Shown: in pieces, positions 8,043 to 16,965 of the stretch | Position numbering within the stretch: position 1 is the first letter of the stretch | How the letters are laid out: each line of letters begins with the position of its first letter | DNA from: a virus | Taxonomy: Duplodnaviria > Caudoviricetes | DNA: 57,231 nt | IMG/VR virus record: IMGVR_UViG_3300005512_000040 | Location: 1 to 57,231 of that record | Reading direction: 5' to 3' (one strand) | Program-made: the position numbers and the translations under genes | Notes under the pieces: generated by a model | The model's database searches: none | What the model saw: the letters and a program-made list of their open reading frames with translations, nothing else | Told to the model about the DNA's origin: nothing

Positions 8043-9113
8043 TCATTCTGCCGCTCCTTTCGTCCATTCCGGCAATGCTGAGATTGCCCGTTCTGTCGCC
8101 TCTACCCCTATCCGCGTGTAATGGTCCATGATTGCCTTGCTGCCATGCCCGACGATCCCAGCCACAACGCTATCCGGCACGCCAGACTCGCGCATTTTCG
8201 TGACAAACGTGTACCGGAAGCTGTGCGACCCCACCATGCCATCCGTCGTGCTGCTTATGTGTAGCGTACGAAACAACCGCGAAAACGACCGATACACATT
8301 GCCATTGCGCGCCATGTAATCACTCGCCAGACCTGGAATCGCGTATTCTCGACCCATTCCGCACGAAACAAGCCGATCCCACAGCGCACGGTGCATACCC
8401 AACTCCACGCGCCTCCCCGTTTTCGCCTGTATGCGCCACATTCTGCGCCGGTCTAGGTCGATTTGCTTGCTGGGCCATGTCAGCGAATCGCCTACCCGCT
8501 GCCCCGTGTATGCCAAGACCATGCAGCACGTCAACAGTTCGCCGTCCGCCGCTCCCAGAATCCGCGCCAATTCCTCGTCCGTGAATGGCCGGTGTCCTCG
8601 CGCTGCCTTCGTGCTGAGTGTCGCGCACCCGTCAAATGGTGTCTTTACCGTGCGATTCCCGCTGCCCGTGCGTAATGCCGCCCTCAACACCTGGCGGCAC
8701 GCAGTTACGGCCAAATTGTGATAGCTGGCAGACTTGTCTAGGCTATCTAGCCACGCATCCGCGTCTGCCTCGCCTATTTCGTTGCAATTCGTGATTCCCG
8801 CCCGCTGGCACCACTCCGCAAATGCCGCCCACGCGCTGCCGTACGATCTGATAGTGTTTTCCGACGTGTTAGAACGCTTTAAACCGTCCTTAAAGGCGAT
8901 CCAAGCACTTGCGACGGGTATGAGTGCGGGTGCGGCGTCCGGCGGCTTTAAGGTGCATTTAATCGCCTCTAGCTGGTGCCACAGGTCGGCGCGCATGGAT
9001 TCGGCGCGCTCTGGGTCGTCGGTGTCAAGCGGGACGGAGAAGCGATACTCTACAGCATACCGCCCGTCCGTCCGCTTGTGTAGCCTGCCGCTGCCTTTGC
9101 GTGTGGTTGTCAT
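8043..9113 (-). CDS. int: Tyrosine recombinase / phage integrase
   Basis: YTGQR, QAKTG, HSFR, VGH, HY catalytic motifs; SAM-like domain (SENTIRSY); N-terminal arm-like segment. Confidence 0.92.
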   Translation of the reverse strand: MTTTRKGSGRLHKRTDGRYAVEYRFSVPLDTDDPERAESMRADLWHQLEAIKCTLKPPDAAPALIPVASAWIAFKDGLKRSNTSENTIRSYGSAWAAFAEWCQRAGITNCNEIGEADADAWLDSLDKSASYHNLAVTACRQVLRAALRTGSGNRTVKTPFDGCATLSTKAARGHRPFTDEELARILGAADGELLTCCMVLAYTGQRVGDSLTWPSKQIDLDRRRMWRIQAKTGRRVELGMHRALWDRLVSCGMGREYAIPGLASDYMARNGNVYRSFSRLFRTLHISSTTDGMVGSHSFRYTFVTKMRESGVPDSVVAGIVGHGSKAIMDHYTRIGVEATERAISALPEWTKGAAE

Positions 9114-9120
9114 TGGTTTT

Positions 9121-9318
9121 CTACTCGCTCGGCCACTCGTCACCGTCAACTTCTATGCCACACTTGCCCGCCATGTCAAGCGCACGGCATACCGCAAACA
9201 TGATGCTACCGCTGCTCGCCACAAGCCGCAGCCCGCCGTCCACATACACGCGCGACTGCCACTCGCCGGTAGCCAGGCGGGTAAGCGTGCCCGTGCCTTT
9301 CTGTATTGTCGTTGTCAC
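9121..9318 (-). CDS. Small protein resembling the integrase N-terminus
   Basis: GTG start after AAGGAG; TTTIQKGTGTLTR vs integrase TTTRKGSGRLHK. Confidence 0.55.
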   Translation of the reverse strand: MTTTIQKGTGTLTRLATGEWQSRVYVDGGLRLVASSGSIMFAVCRALDMAGKCGIEVDGDEWPSE

Positions 9319-9325
9319 TGGTTTC

Positions 9326-9648
9326 CGCTCCTTTCGTTCGCCGTCCGCACCGCCTCCGCAATCGTGGCAACCCAGAACAGCAGACCCGCCGTCAGGTTGC
9401 CCGCCACGATGCACAGAAGCCCGTAATATACTGCCGTCGTCATGGCTAAATCCTCACCCCGCACGAACGCGCCCAGTTATAGAGGCCTTCGTCATTAAGA
9501 ACCCAGTCGCGCCGGTCGTCATCGTTAAGGCTTCCGATATTTGGAACCGCTCCCATAATGCACTCCGTCAGTTCGTCCCTGTTCTCTCTTATGAACTCTC
9601 TCATTGTCATTTCTCAATCCCTCCTCCGCTCCTTTCGTTCGCCGTCCG
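9326..9648 (-). repeat. 23-bp direct repeat containing an RBS (two copies, at 9326 and 9626)
   Basis: CCGCTCCTTTCGTTCGCCGTCCG occurs twice, 300 bp apart. Confidence 0.8.
9446..9610 (-). CDS. 54-aa phage protein (not in the ORF track)
   Basis: MTMREFIRENRDEL...DWVLNDEGLYNWARSCGVRI, with a strong RBS. Confidence 0.65.
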   Translation of the reverse strand: MTMREFIRENRDELTECIMGAVPNIGSLNDDDRRDWVLNDEGLYNWARSCGVRI

Positions 9649-9702
9649 ACCATCGGACCCCGTTGCATCGGGCTGGACCCTCTTGCGAGGGTCCGCGCAC
9701 GC

Positions 9703-10137
9703 TCACGAGAAGTCGACCAGTCCGTCCTCCCGCATGCTGCAAAACTCATCACCAGCAGTGATAACAACATGGTCCAACACCTTGATGTCGATTATCTTGC
9801 CAGCTTCGACAAGTTGCTTGGTTATGCGTATGTCTTCGGAGGATGGCACGGCGCTTCCGCTTGGGTGGTTATGAACCAATACAATGGCCGTAGAATTGCG
9901 CGCTATCGCCACGCGGAATACTTCGCGAGGGTGAATCAATGAAGCGTCTACAATCCCGGTTGTGACAACCTCGGAGGCTATCATGCCGTTTTTGGTGTTC
10001 AGGCAGAGGACGCCGAAAGACTCTTGCGATCCTCCGGCCATTCCGACGCATGCGCCACGAACGTCTGCAGGCGTCCGTATGGGTCGCTCACTTGCCGTCC
10101 TGTAATCCGTTCCTGCTTCTTCCATCACTATTCTCAT
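9703..10137 (-). CDS. radC: RadC-like JAB domain protein
   Basis: QESFGVLCLN...IHPREVF...HNHPSG...PSSED...LDHVVI. Confidence 0.92.
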   Translation of the reverse strand: MRIVMEEAGTDYRTASERPIRTPADVRGACVGMAGGSQESFGVLCLNTKNGMIASEVVTTGIVDASLIHPREVFRVAIARNSTAIVLVHNHPSGSAVPSSEDIRITKQLVEAGKIIDIKVLDHVVITAGDEFCSMREDGLVDFS

Positions 10138-10172
10138 CTCTCTCGCTCCTTCGCCCGCTCGGGCTGTTTGGG

Positions 10173-10406
10173 TTATTCGCTCGTGTTGCTGTTGCTGGCG
10201 GTATCTTCAAACGTGTTCCACCGCCTCACGATCTCGCGGCATACGTCGTCCGCTTCATCTGGCGCGAAATAGTCCGGCGCGATCTTGCCCACAACCTGAT
10301 TGCCCATGACAATGCTGCCGTCAGATTCCAACGCCAGCTTGCCAAGCCGCTTGTGTCCCCACGGTCTTTGTCTCGGCGGCTGTCCTGCTCCTCTTGTCCT
10401 TTTCAT
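10173..10406 (-). CDS. Hypothetical protein
   Basis: ORF with AAGGA RBS. Confidence 0.55.
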   Translation of the reverse strand: MKRTRGAGQPPRQRPWGHKRLGKLALESDGSIVMGNQVVGKIAPDYFAPDEADDVCREIVRRWNTFEDTASNSNTSE

Positions 10407-10433
10407 GTCGTTCCTTTCCCCGCTGGCCGACGG

Positions 10434-10628
10434 CTAAAGCCGCCCGCTGATGTTGTCGTTGGGCGCATTTACCAGACGTATCCAAGCCCTTTTGCCCAAC
10501 CTTTCGATGGCGAGCAACGATTCACGTGCGTTCTGCAATGCAGCATGATGCGTTTCGTCACGCGGAATCGGGACGCGGTTGTATACATGCCCAAACACTC
10601 CATATACCTCGAACGCATAACCTTCCAT
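10434..10628 (-). CDS. Hypothetical protein in a relic cassette
   Basis: AGGAG RBS; flanked by GTTGGGC(10458)/GCCCAAC(10654); ends ...PNDNISGRL. Confidence 0.55.
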   Translation of the reverse strand: MEGYAFEVYGVFGHVYNRVPIPRDETHHAALQNARESLLAIERLGKRAWIRLVNAPNDNISGRL

Positions 10629-10758
10629 CGTCTTTCTCCTAGTTTTGCGGAACGCCCAACGAGGCGCTCCAGGGGCAGTCAGATATTCCGCGCCGCCATC
10701 CGTCTTGTGGTAGTATAGTCGCTTGTGCATCGTGGCCTCCTGTTGTTGGTTGTTCCTT

Positions 10759-11010
10759 TCACTGGATGACGTGCCCCGCCTTGAGCACCTTGTCGCAGCC
10801 GACCTGGTGGTCAAGCCACTCGATGTTGGTCGCGTGCTCGCACACGTCGTAACCTTCCGGGTCGGCATCGTAGTCGATCCCGTGCTTGGCGAGCGTCTCG
10901 CGCTTGTACAGCTCTTCGCGCCCGCTGACGCCGCCTTGCTCCAGCATCCCGTGCGCCGTGTTGGTGATCTCGTGCACCCAGCCTGCCTTGGTCTTGCGTA
11001 CTGTCGTCAT
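10759..11010 (-). CDS. Hypothetical protein
   Basis: AGGAGG RBS; MTTVRKTKAGW start. Confidence 0.65.
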   Translation of the reverse strand: MTTVRKTKAGWVHEITNTAHGMLEQGGVSGREELYKRETLAKHGIDYDADPEGYDVCEHATNIEWLDHQVGCDKVLKAGHVIQ

Positions 11011-11039
11011 CGTCCGTCCTCCTTGTTGTTCGTTGCGCT

Positions 11040-11965
11040 CATGCCGCAACACAATGCACCTCCCGTGCCAAACCACCACAAAACCCAATAATCGCAAAAA
11101 CAAGCGCAAAACCCCTCCGAAAGTGTCGCCTCAACACGTCATTACACAAAACCTCTCGCACAATCGACAAACAAAAGCAAGAATGAGAACGCCACTTTTG
11201 CGACAATGAGAAGAAAAACCCCGTCATCATTGGCCAATCCGACACGCCGGAAAACGCACCACCACACGCACCACTGATAACAGGGTGTAAACTCACCTCA
11301 TAACCCGCACAAACCCAACGCCTTAACCCCAACACGCGAAAAAATACGCTTGACAGACCAACAACAAGACCTGAATATGCGTGGCAAGCTGAGGCGGATA
11401 GCGACCTTAGGAGCGTTAAAGCCGCCGAAGGCACCCAACGGGCTTGCCATAACACAGCAGGATTACACTGGGCATGCACACAACCAATGCACACTATCCA
11501 GGCAACGACACGCAACCACGCACAGCACAGCACAGCACACGGCATGACACACTCGCAGCACAAGACGTCACACGACCAACGCAAGCCACGCACCGCAGCC
11601 AACGCACCACGCCACGCTGCCACAACGCAACGCCACGCTGCCAGAACGCAGCCCGCGCGTTACCAGGCAGGCGCACAGCATACGGGCAGAGAGTTGGTGA
11701 GGTCTGGTTTCACAAGCCCAACGTACCAGCGCAAAACGTCACGGGGGAGCACGATTCGTCACGTCGTTAGTGGATAGCCCGAGCAATAGACGTTGAGCAC
11801 ACGACTTAACAGGACGCGCACACACGCAACACACGCAGTACCAGTGACTTACAGAGGATGTAGTGATTAACATAGTATTAAACACGCACCATGCCGCCAG
11901 GGTAGGGCTTTCCCCGTGCCGGTGCGTATGGTATAGGAGTCCCATCCCGCTCACACACCAACCGT
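11040..11965. other. Largely non-coding C/A-rich region with short repeats; skew switch near 11965
   Basis: CACAGCACAGCACAG and CAACGC.CC.CGCTGCCA repeats, then an abrupt change to G/T-rich sequence. Confidence 0.65.
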
Positions 11966-12065
11966 TTCGTGCGTGGGGTTGTTGATTGCGTTTGAGATTG
12001 TTGCAGAAAAGTTTTGCGAATAGCTGCTGATATGGTATGTTGAGAGTAGTTGGAAGGAGGCCGGT

Positions 12066-12392
12066 ATGAGTTCATTGTTGATATATGTTGTTTGGCTCGT
12101 GTGTACACTGGTGGCTCTTGCATTGTCGTTGGTCAGTGCGATATGGTGTTGGGATATTGACTTGGACGCCATTGGTGTTTGGCGTTGGTGTACTGGCGTT
12201 GTGTTAGTTGTGTTGTTTTGTCGCTTGTCGTGGTGGTTCTGCGAGTTGGAGTGTGTCGTATGGGAGAGTTGGAGCGAGTCTCGGCGTAAGCGCCCAAAGC
12301 GTGATGGAGTGGATCTTTTGGCGCATTACGAAGTCCAGAGGGTTGTGAAGAGTTCTGATTGCGGTGGTCATGAGGAAACCGACGATGCCTAA
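12066..12392 (+). CDS. Small membrane protein
   Basis: Two hydrophobic segments; AGGAGG RBS. Confidence 0.6.
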   Translation: MSSLLIYVVWLVCTLVALALSLVSAIWCWDIDLDAIGVWRWCTGVVLVVLFCRLSWWFCELECVVWESWSESRRKRPKRDGVDLLAHYEVQRVVKSSDCGGHEETDDA

Positions 12393-12527
12393 CCGTCGAT
12401 TGGTACGTGAGCATAGTGGAGGAAAGGGCGACCGTTTGCGTCGAGTAGACCGCGAGAAGTGGGAACGTGGTTGGCGGTTGTTGGAGCGAAGTAAGCGTCT
12501 AAGAGAGGCGCGGAAGGATGGTGAGGG

Positions 12528-13013
12528 ATGAGTGAAGTGAAGACGAAGCGGGTTGTGGCTGCGAGTTTCCGCTACGAGGCTGATGCTTGGAATTACGCCA
12601 GTTCAAAGTGGAAGGACGCAGAAATGACTGCTGTGATTACGATGGATCGTAACGGTGACTGGTGGGACGTTATGTTCAGTGTTCAGGCGAAAGAGACGCC
12701 AAAGCAAGCCCCTACCCCCGTCCGCAAGTGCTCGACGTGCAGGTGGCGCAAGGCTGGGTGGACGGAGAAACGGCGTCAGTACTCTCCGGTGATTTTCGGT
12801 GAGTTTCGTGAGGTTGAGACAACGAGAGAGCACAAGCCCGAGTGCCACCTACGCGCGCCAGTGAGCGGCGAAAGGTGGCCGTACATATCTGACGACGACT
12901 GGTGCGGCGATTGGGAAGCGGCACCGAGCGATGGTGGCGCACGGTTGAATCGCGACGAAGACCCGTGGCCAGATTGCACTCCCGGCTGTCCGCCACCCGA
13001 GGACGCCGCTTAA
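12528..13013 (+). CDS. Hypothetical protein with Cys motifs
   Basis: CSTCRW...CHLRAP...DDWCGDW. Confidence 0.65.
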   Translation: MSEVKTKRVVAASFRYEADAWNYASSKWKDAEMTAVITMDRNGDWWDVMFSVQAKETPKQAPTPVRKCSTCRWRKAGWTEKRRQYSPVIFGEFREVETTREHKPECHLRAPVSGERWPYISDDDWCGDWEAAPSDGGARLNRDEDPWPDCTPGCPPPEDAA

Positions 13014-13498
13014 TGGGCGGCGACTTCCAGGACTTCCATTGCGTCGGGCTGGTGTACGACGAGCCTGTGCTGCGGTGGGTGCAGGCGAACGGACGAGAGG
13101 CGCCTCTGTTGAAGTTTCCGCTGTGCGTATTCAGCACGACGTTTGCTGGCGGGGAGCGTAAGCGCGGCCGGAAGCGGTTAAAGAAGACGCATGCCGCGTT
13201 TTTCAATGTGGTGGCGTGGGATTGGGTTGCGGAGGATGGGGCGGATCGGTTGAGTAAGGGCGACCGTGCGGTTGTAAAGGGGCGCTTTGACGGGCATTCG
13301 TGGACGGATGTGCGTGGGCAGCGTCGGTATTCGCTGGAGTTGCGTGCATTTGTGTTGCAGCGTGTAGAGCAGAGGAAGCTGCGGAAGGTAGGCGATCCGC
13401 GCGACGAGGTGATGAAGATGCCGAAGTTGCCGAAGGACGAGGGGCGGAAAGACGAGAGTATGCTGTACGAGGAGGAGGATGAGGAGCGCGATGACTGA
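13013..13498 (+). CDS. ssb: Single-stranded DNA-binding protein (OB fold)
   Basis: FFNVVAW...LSKGDRAVVKGR...WTD..GQRR; acidic tail. Confidence 0.8.
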   Translation: MGGDFQDFHCVGLVYDEPVLRWVQANGREAPLLKFPLCVFSTTFAGGERKRGRKRLKKTHAAFFNVVAWDWVAEDGADRLSKGDRAVVKGRFDGHSWTDVRGQRRYSLELRAFVLQRVEQRKLRKVGDPRDEVMKMPKLPKDEGRKDESMLYEEEDEERDD

Positions 13499-13501
13499 TT
13501 G

Positions 13502-13539
13502 CGTTGTAGTATTCAAGATGATTACGTTGTAGTATTCAA
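13502..13539 (+). repeat. 15-bp direct repeat upstream of the packaging genes
   Basis: CGTTGTAGTATTCAA at 13502 and 13525. Confidence 0.75.
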
Positions 13540-13595
13540 TAACGGACACAAGATGAAGTTTGTCGCCATTCACTCAGCAAACAAGGACGCAAGCA

Positions 13596-14171
13596 ATGAC
13601 TGACGAGCAAGCCAACGACCAACCGCCCGAATCCGAGACGACCGAGCCGATTGCACTGGACCTCACGCCGTCGATTGCGGCGAAACTGGACAAGTTGCCC
13701 GTGTACCCGCTGTCGGTGCGATCCAGCATTGGCGATGCGCTGGTGAGCGTTGGTCTTGGCGAGAGCATACCGGCTGCCGCGAAGCTGCACGGCGTTGCTA
13801 TTGGCGAATTGCGAAAGGCGTGCAAACAGTACCCCGAGACGATTGCGCGTCTGGGGAAACTGCGGTGGGCGGTACAGGACCACTACTGCGACCAGATATT
13901 GATGGATGCCATGCTCTTATTCAAGCGCACGGTACGCAAGATGGTTGACGATGGCGGTGCGTTGAATCCGCAGCAGGTGTCGCAGTTCTTGGGGTTGTTC
14001 CAGTCGATGTTGAAGTACAAGGACGGACAGCGGCCAATCATGCCTAGAGTGCCGTTGGACAAGCCTCCAGAGGACGACGTAGCGGCTAACGCCAAGCCCG
14101 TTAAGCCGGACGGGGTTGACGCGGTTAAGCCCGAGGTTTTGGGGCGCACGGATGATGGAGACGCCGTGTGA
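13596..14171 (+). CDS. Putative terminase small subunit
   Basis: HTH-like segment; overlaps the TerL start. Confidence 0.55.
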   Translation: MTDEQANDQPPESETTEPIALDLTPSIAAKLDKLPVYPLSVRSSIGDALVSVGLGESIPAAAKLHGVAIGELRKACKQYPETIARLGKLRWAVQDHYCDQILMDAMLLFKRTVRKMVDDGGALNPQQVSQFLGLFQSMLKYKDGQRPIMPRVPLDKPPEDDVAANAKPVKPDGVDAVKPEVLGRTDDGDAV

Positions 14172-16045
14172 TCTACAAGCTACCAGTCAACGGCGAGTGG
14201 GCGACATTCGACGACGCATGGTTGAACGAGCAGACGGTTGGCGTGCGGGAATACTATCGCGGCCTGATAGAGCAGTGGCGCGACAACAAGTTGAGCATGT
14301 TCCTGCCTCATGGCGTGCCGTGGCACAAGGGAATCAAGTCGTACGCTGGTGGTCTGGTGAAGCTGCCTCCGAGCAAGTACCCGAAGGAATGGGGCAACGA
14401 TGGCGTGGCGTTTCACAACGATTGGACGAACCAGTATTTGATGATGCTGGCCGCGAGACGCACGGGCAAGACGACTGACGGAGCGATTAAGTCGTTCTTG
14501 TACGGGTGTCAACTTGATCCAGAGTGGGCGGTGTTTGCGGATAACGGCATTGACTACTCGCTGATACCAGAGTGGAATGGACCCAAGCAGATATTGGTGT
14601 CGTCGTTTTCGTGGGAGAATGTGGCGAACGTGTGGAAGGTGTACCGCGAGTTCCTTCCGCGCCACGAGCTTGGTCCATACGCGCCGGATTGGGGGCGCGA
14701 CAAGAGCGAGACTGGCCAACCGAAGAACCTGTCATTTAGCAGCTACCGTGCGCAACGGTTGATACTGCAAGATAGCAAGACCGAGTTCCACTTCAAGTGC
14801 TACACGCAGCCGCAGCACGCATGGGAGAATAGCGAGTACCACCTGTGGCACGCCGACGAGCAGCCACAGATGCGCAATTTGACGGCGATTGCTGACGGTA
14901 TGCGGACGATGGGCGACTACACTCCTACCGTGTTCACGTTGAGCGGGTTCAAGATTGACGAGCGACCAAACGATACAGGGGCGGCTGGTGTGGTGAAGCG
15001 GCTGTTCTGGGACGGGCGCATTGAAAAGGGCGGTCGCAAGGTCACAATCGGCAAGTACAACAAGGACATACCATCGACGCCAGACGCCCTGATAAGCAAG
15101 GGCAAGAAGCGCGAGGCATACGATCTGTACGCCAATCCGAAGATTGACCGCGACGAAAAGATGAAATGGCGCGGATTGGCCGTGTACTATCCTGGGTGGG
15201 AGCCTGGTGGCGGACTGTGCTTCACGCCGGACGTGTGGGACAGGTCGATCCATATCATTCGGCGGTTTTGGGATGACGGAAAAACGCCGTCGTGGATGAC
15301 GAAGTACCGTTCGATTGACTACGCCGACAAAGGAAACACGTCGGTCGTATGGGCGGCATTCGGTCCGTTGTGGAGGATTGCGTCACATTGTGGGATTGAG
15401 TTGAACAAGGGCGCGGATGGCAGGCGAATCGTCGGCATTGTGTACCGCACCATGTTTGAGAAGGGTCTGACCGTGGCGACTGCGGCCAAGCAGATAATCG
15501 CTCTGAGCCACAACCGGCGCGAGAAGATTGACGAGGAAGAGGACGAGGATTCCGGTACGGCGTACCTGTGGGAAGAACAGTTTGACCGCGAGGAGTTCTA
15601 CGAGACGGTGCTGGACCGGCGCATTGGCAAGATTGCTGGCGGCGTAGGTCGGTCGGTAAGCGAGTTGTTCGAGCAGCACGGCATAGACGTGGACGACGCC
15701 TGTGCGCGGCATAACAAAGACCAGATACCGGCGCTAAAGGACATGCTGCGGATTGACGCATCGAAGGTACATCCGTTCAACCGCGACTCGGAGGGCAATC
15801 CGCTCAAGGGTTCACCGGCGCTATTCTTCTTTGTGGGCGTTGGCGAGGAGATAATGGACGAGTTTGAGACGATTGCCGAGGATGAGCGGCACGTATTCGA
15901 CCAGAGAGCGGTGCATGACGGCATCGACAGCATGAAATATCTGGCTGGTGCAGAGCCGACTTTCCTTGGGCGCGACGAGGAAGAGGAAGAAATCGTGCGC
16001 GAGGCGAGCAAATTGAGGACAAGAACCCCGTTCACCGGCTACTAA
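14168..16045 (+). CDS. terL: Terminase large subunit
   Basis: Walker A AARRTGKT, Walker B WHADE, nuclease SIDYA and DGIDSMKY. Confidence 0.88.
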   Translation: MIYKLPVNGEWATFDDAWLNEQTVGVREYYRGLIEQWRDNKLSMFLPHGVPWHKGIKSYAGGLVKLPPSKYPKEWGNDGVAFHNDWTNQYLMMLAARRTGKTTDGAIKSFLYGCQLDPEWAVFADNGIDYSLIPEWNGPKQILVSSFSWENVANVWKVYREFLPRHELGPYAPDWGRDKSETGQPKNLSFSSYRAQRLILQDSKTEFHFKCYTQPQHAWENSEYHLWHADEQPQMRNLTAIADGMRTMGDYTPTVFTLSGFKIDERPNDTGAAGVVKRLFWDGRIEKGGRKVTIGKYNKDIPSTPDALISKGKKREAYDLYANPKIDRDEKMKWRGLAVYYPGWEPGGGLCFTPDVWDRSIHIIRRFWDDGKTPSWMTKYRSIDYADKGNTSVVWAAFGPLWRIASHCGIELNKGADGRRIVGIVYRTMFEKGLTVATAAKQIIALSHNRREKIDEEEDEDSGTAYLWEEQFDREEFYETVLDRRIGKIAGGVGRSVSELFEQHGIDVDDACARHNKDQIPALKDMLRIDASKVHPFNRDSEGNPLKGSPALFFFVGVGEEIMDEFETIAEDERHVFDQRAVHDGIDSMKYLAGAEPTFLGRDEEEEEIVREASKLRTRTPFTGY

Positions 16046-16118
16046 TCAGCGGCGTGCGTGCAATTTGTGCTTGAAAAGTCCACATAAAGGAACTATCGTT
16101 CAGTTGCAAGGAGGGATA

Positions 16119-16613
16119 ATGGACGAATACGAAGGGATTGTTGATTACGGAGAAGGCGCGTCGTTCGTTCCAACGGCATTCGGTGGACACTGTTTGTACG
16201 TTCGCAGGTGCGTGACGGGAGACGCAGACGACCAACCGCACGAGCACATGGCGCTGAATGGGGCGCGGATGATTGGCGGCGTGATGATTCACGGAGTACG
16301 CGCCGACAACTCGTGTACGATGGAAGTGCTGGGCTGGGGGCGAAAGCTGGACGAGCGATGCAGCATTGGTCACGCAAGGAAGTACAGGCAACCTGAGATT
16401 GAGAAGTTCATTGCCGGTGGGTCCACGGAGCAGCGAGCCGAACAGATTGCACGAGGCGTGTACGTCAACACGCACGACATTGAGATTGGGACATTGCTGC
16501 TGTTGCCGTTGCCGTGGCCGTGCGTGGACGAGCGAGTGATACGTAGCCCGATAGTTGACACCGAGGCGTTCATAGAGAGCAGCCTGCCGATTTACGTGTG
16601 GGAAGATGATTAA
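16119..16613 (+). CDS. Hypothetical protein, possibly GroES-like
   Basis: Weak resemblance (…IGGVMIH…EVLGWG); located between TerL and portal. Confidence 0.4.
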   Translation: MDEYEGIVDYGEGASFVPTAFGGHCLYVRRCVTGDADDQPHEHMALNGARMIGGVMIHGVRADNSCTMEVLGWGRKLDERCSIGHARKYRQPEIEKFIAGGSTEQRAEQIARGVYVNTHDIEIGTLLLLPLPWPCVDERVIRSPIVDTEAFIESSLPIYVWEDD

Positions 16614-16860
16614 CGCAAGCATGAGGGTTTCGGAATGAAGGAGCGAAGCGACGGAATGGAGAATACCTCTCCATGCACTTGTTCGGCATGTAGTCAAAAG
16701 GCGGCATGGCGAGGGCGCCGCAGATCAACGATTGGTTCAAAGTGAAAACCATTGCAGAACATGCCATAGCACTCAACAACGATTTAGCGAGCCGTCCAGC
16801 GACCCTCCCAACCGCTCCGCTCACCACCCCTGCTGGGCGGCTCGCACCTTTTACAGACAA

Positions 16861-16934
16861 TGCGGGATAGTGTAGCGGCAGCACGCTGGGTTCATATCCC
16901 AGAGTCGGTAGTTCAAATCTACCTCCCGCAACCA
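16861..16934 (+). tRNA. tRNA-Met(CAT), initiator-like
   Basis: Full cloverleaf; anticodon arm CTGGG-TTCATAT-CCCAG with three G-C pairs; T arm GTTCAAAT; CCA end. Confidence 0.92.
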
Positions 16935-16965
16935 TTTGAGGACTCGATGACAAGGAAGCGATAGC

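Noticed and set aside
8043-9113. Integron integrase intI
   Set aside because: No visible IntI-specific insertion, and it has an arm-type N-terminus; called a generic phage integrase.
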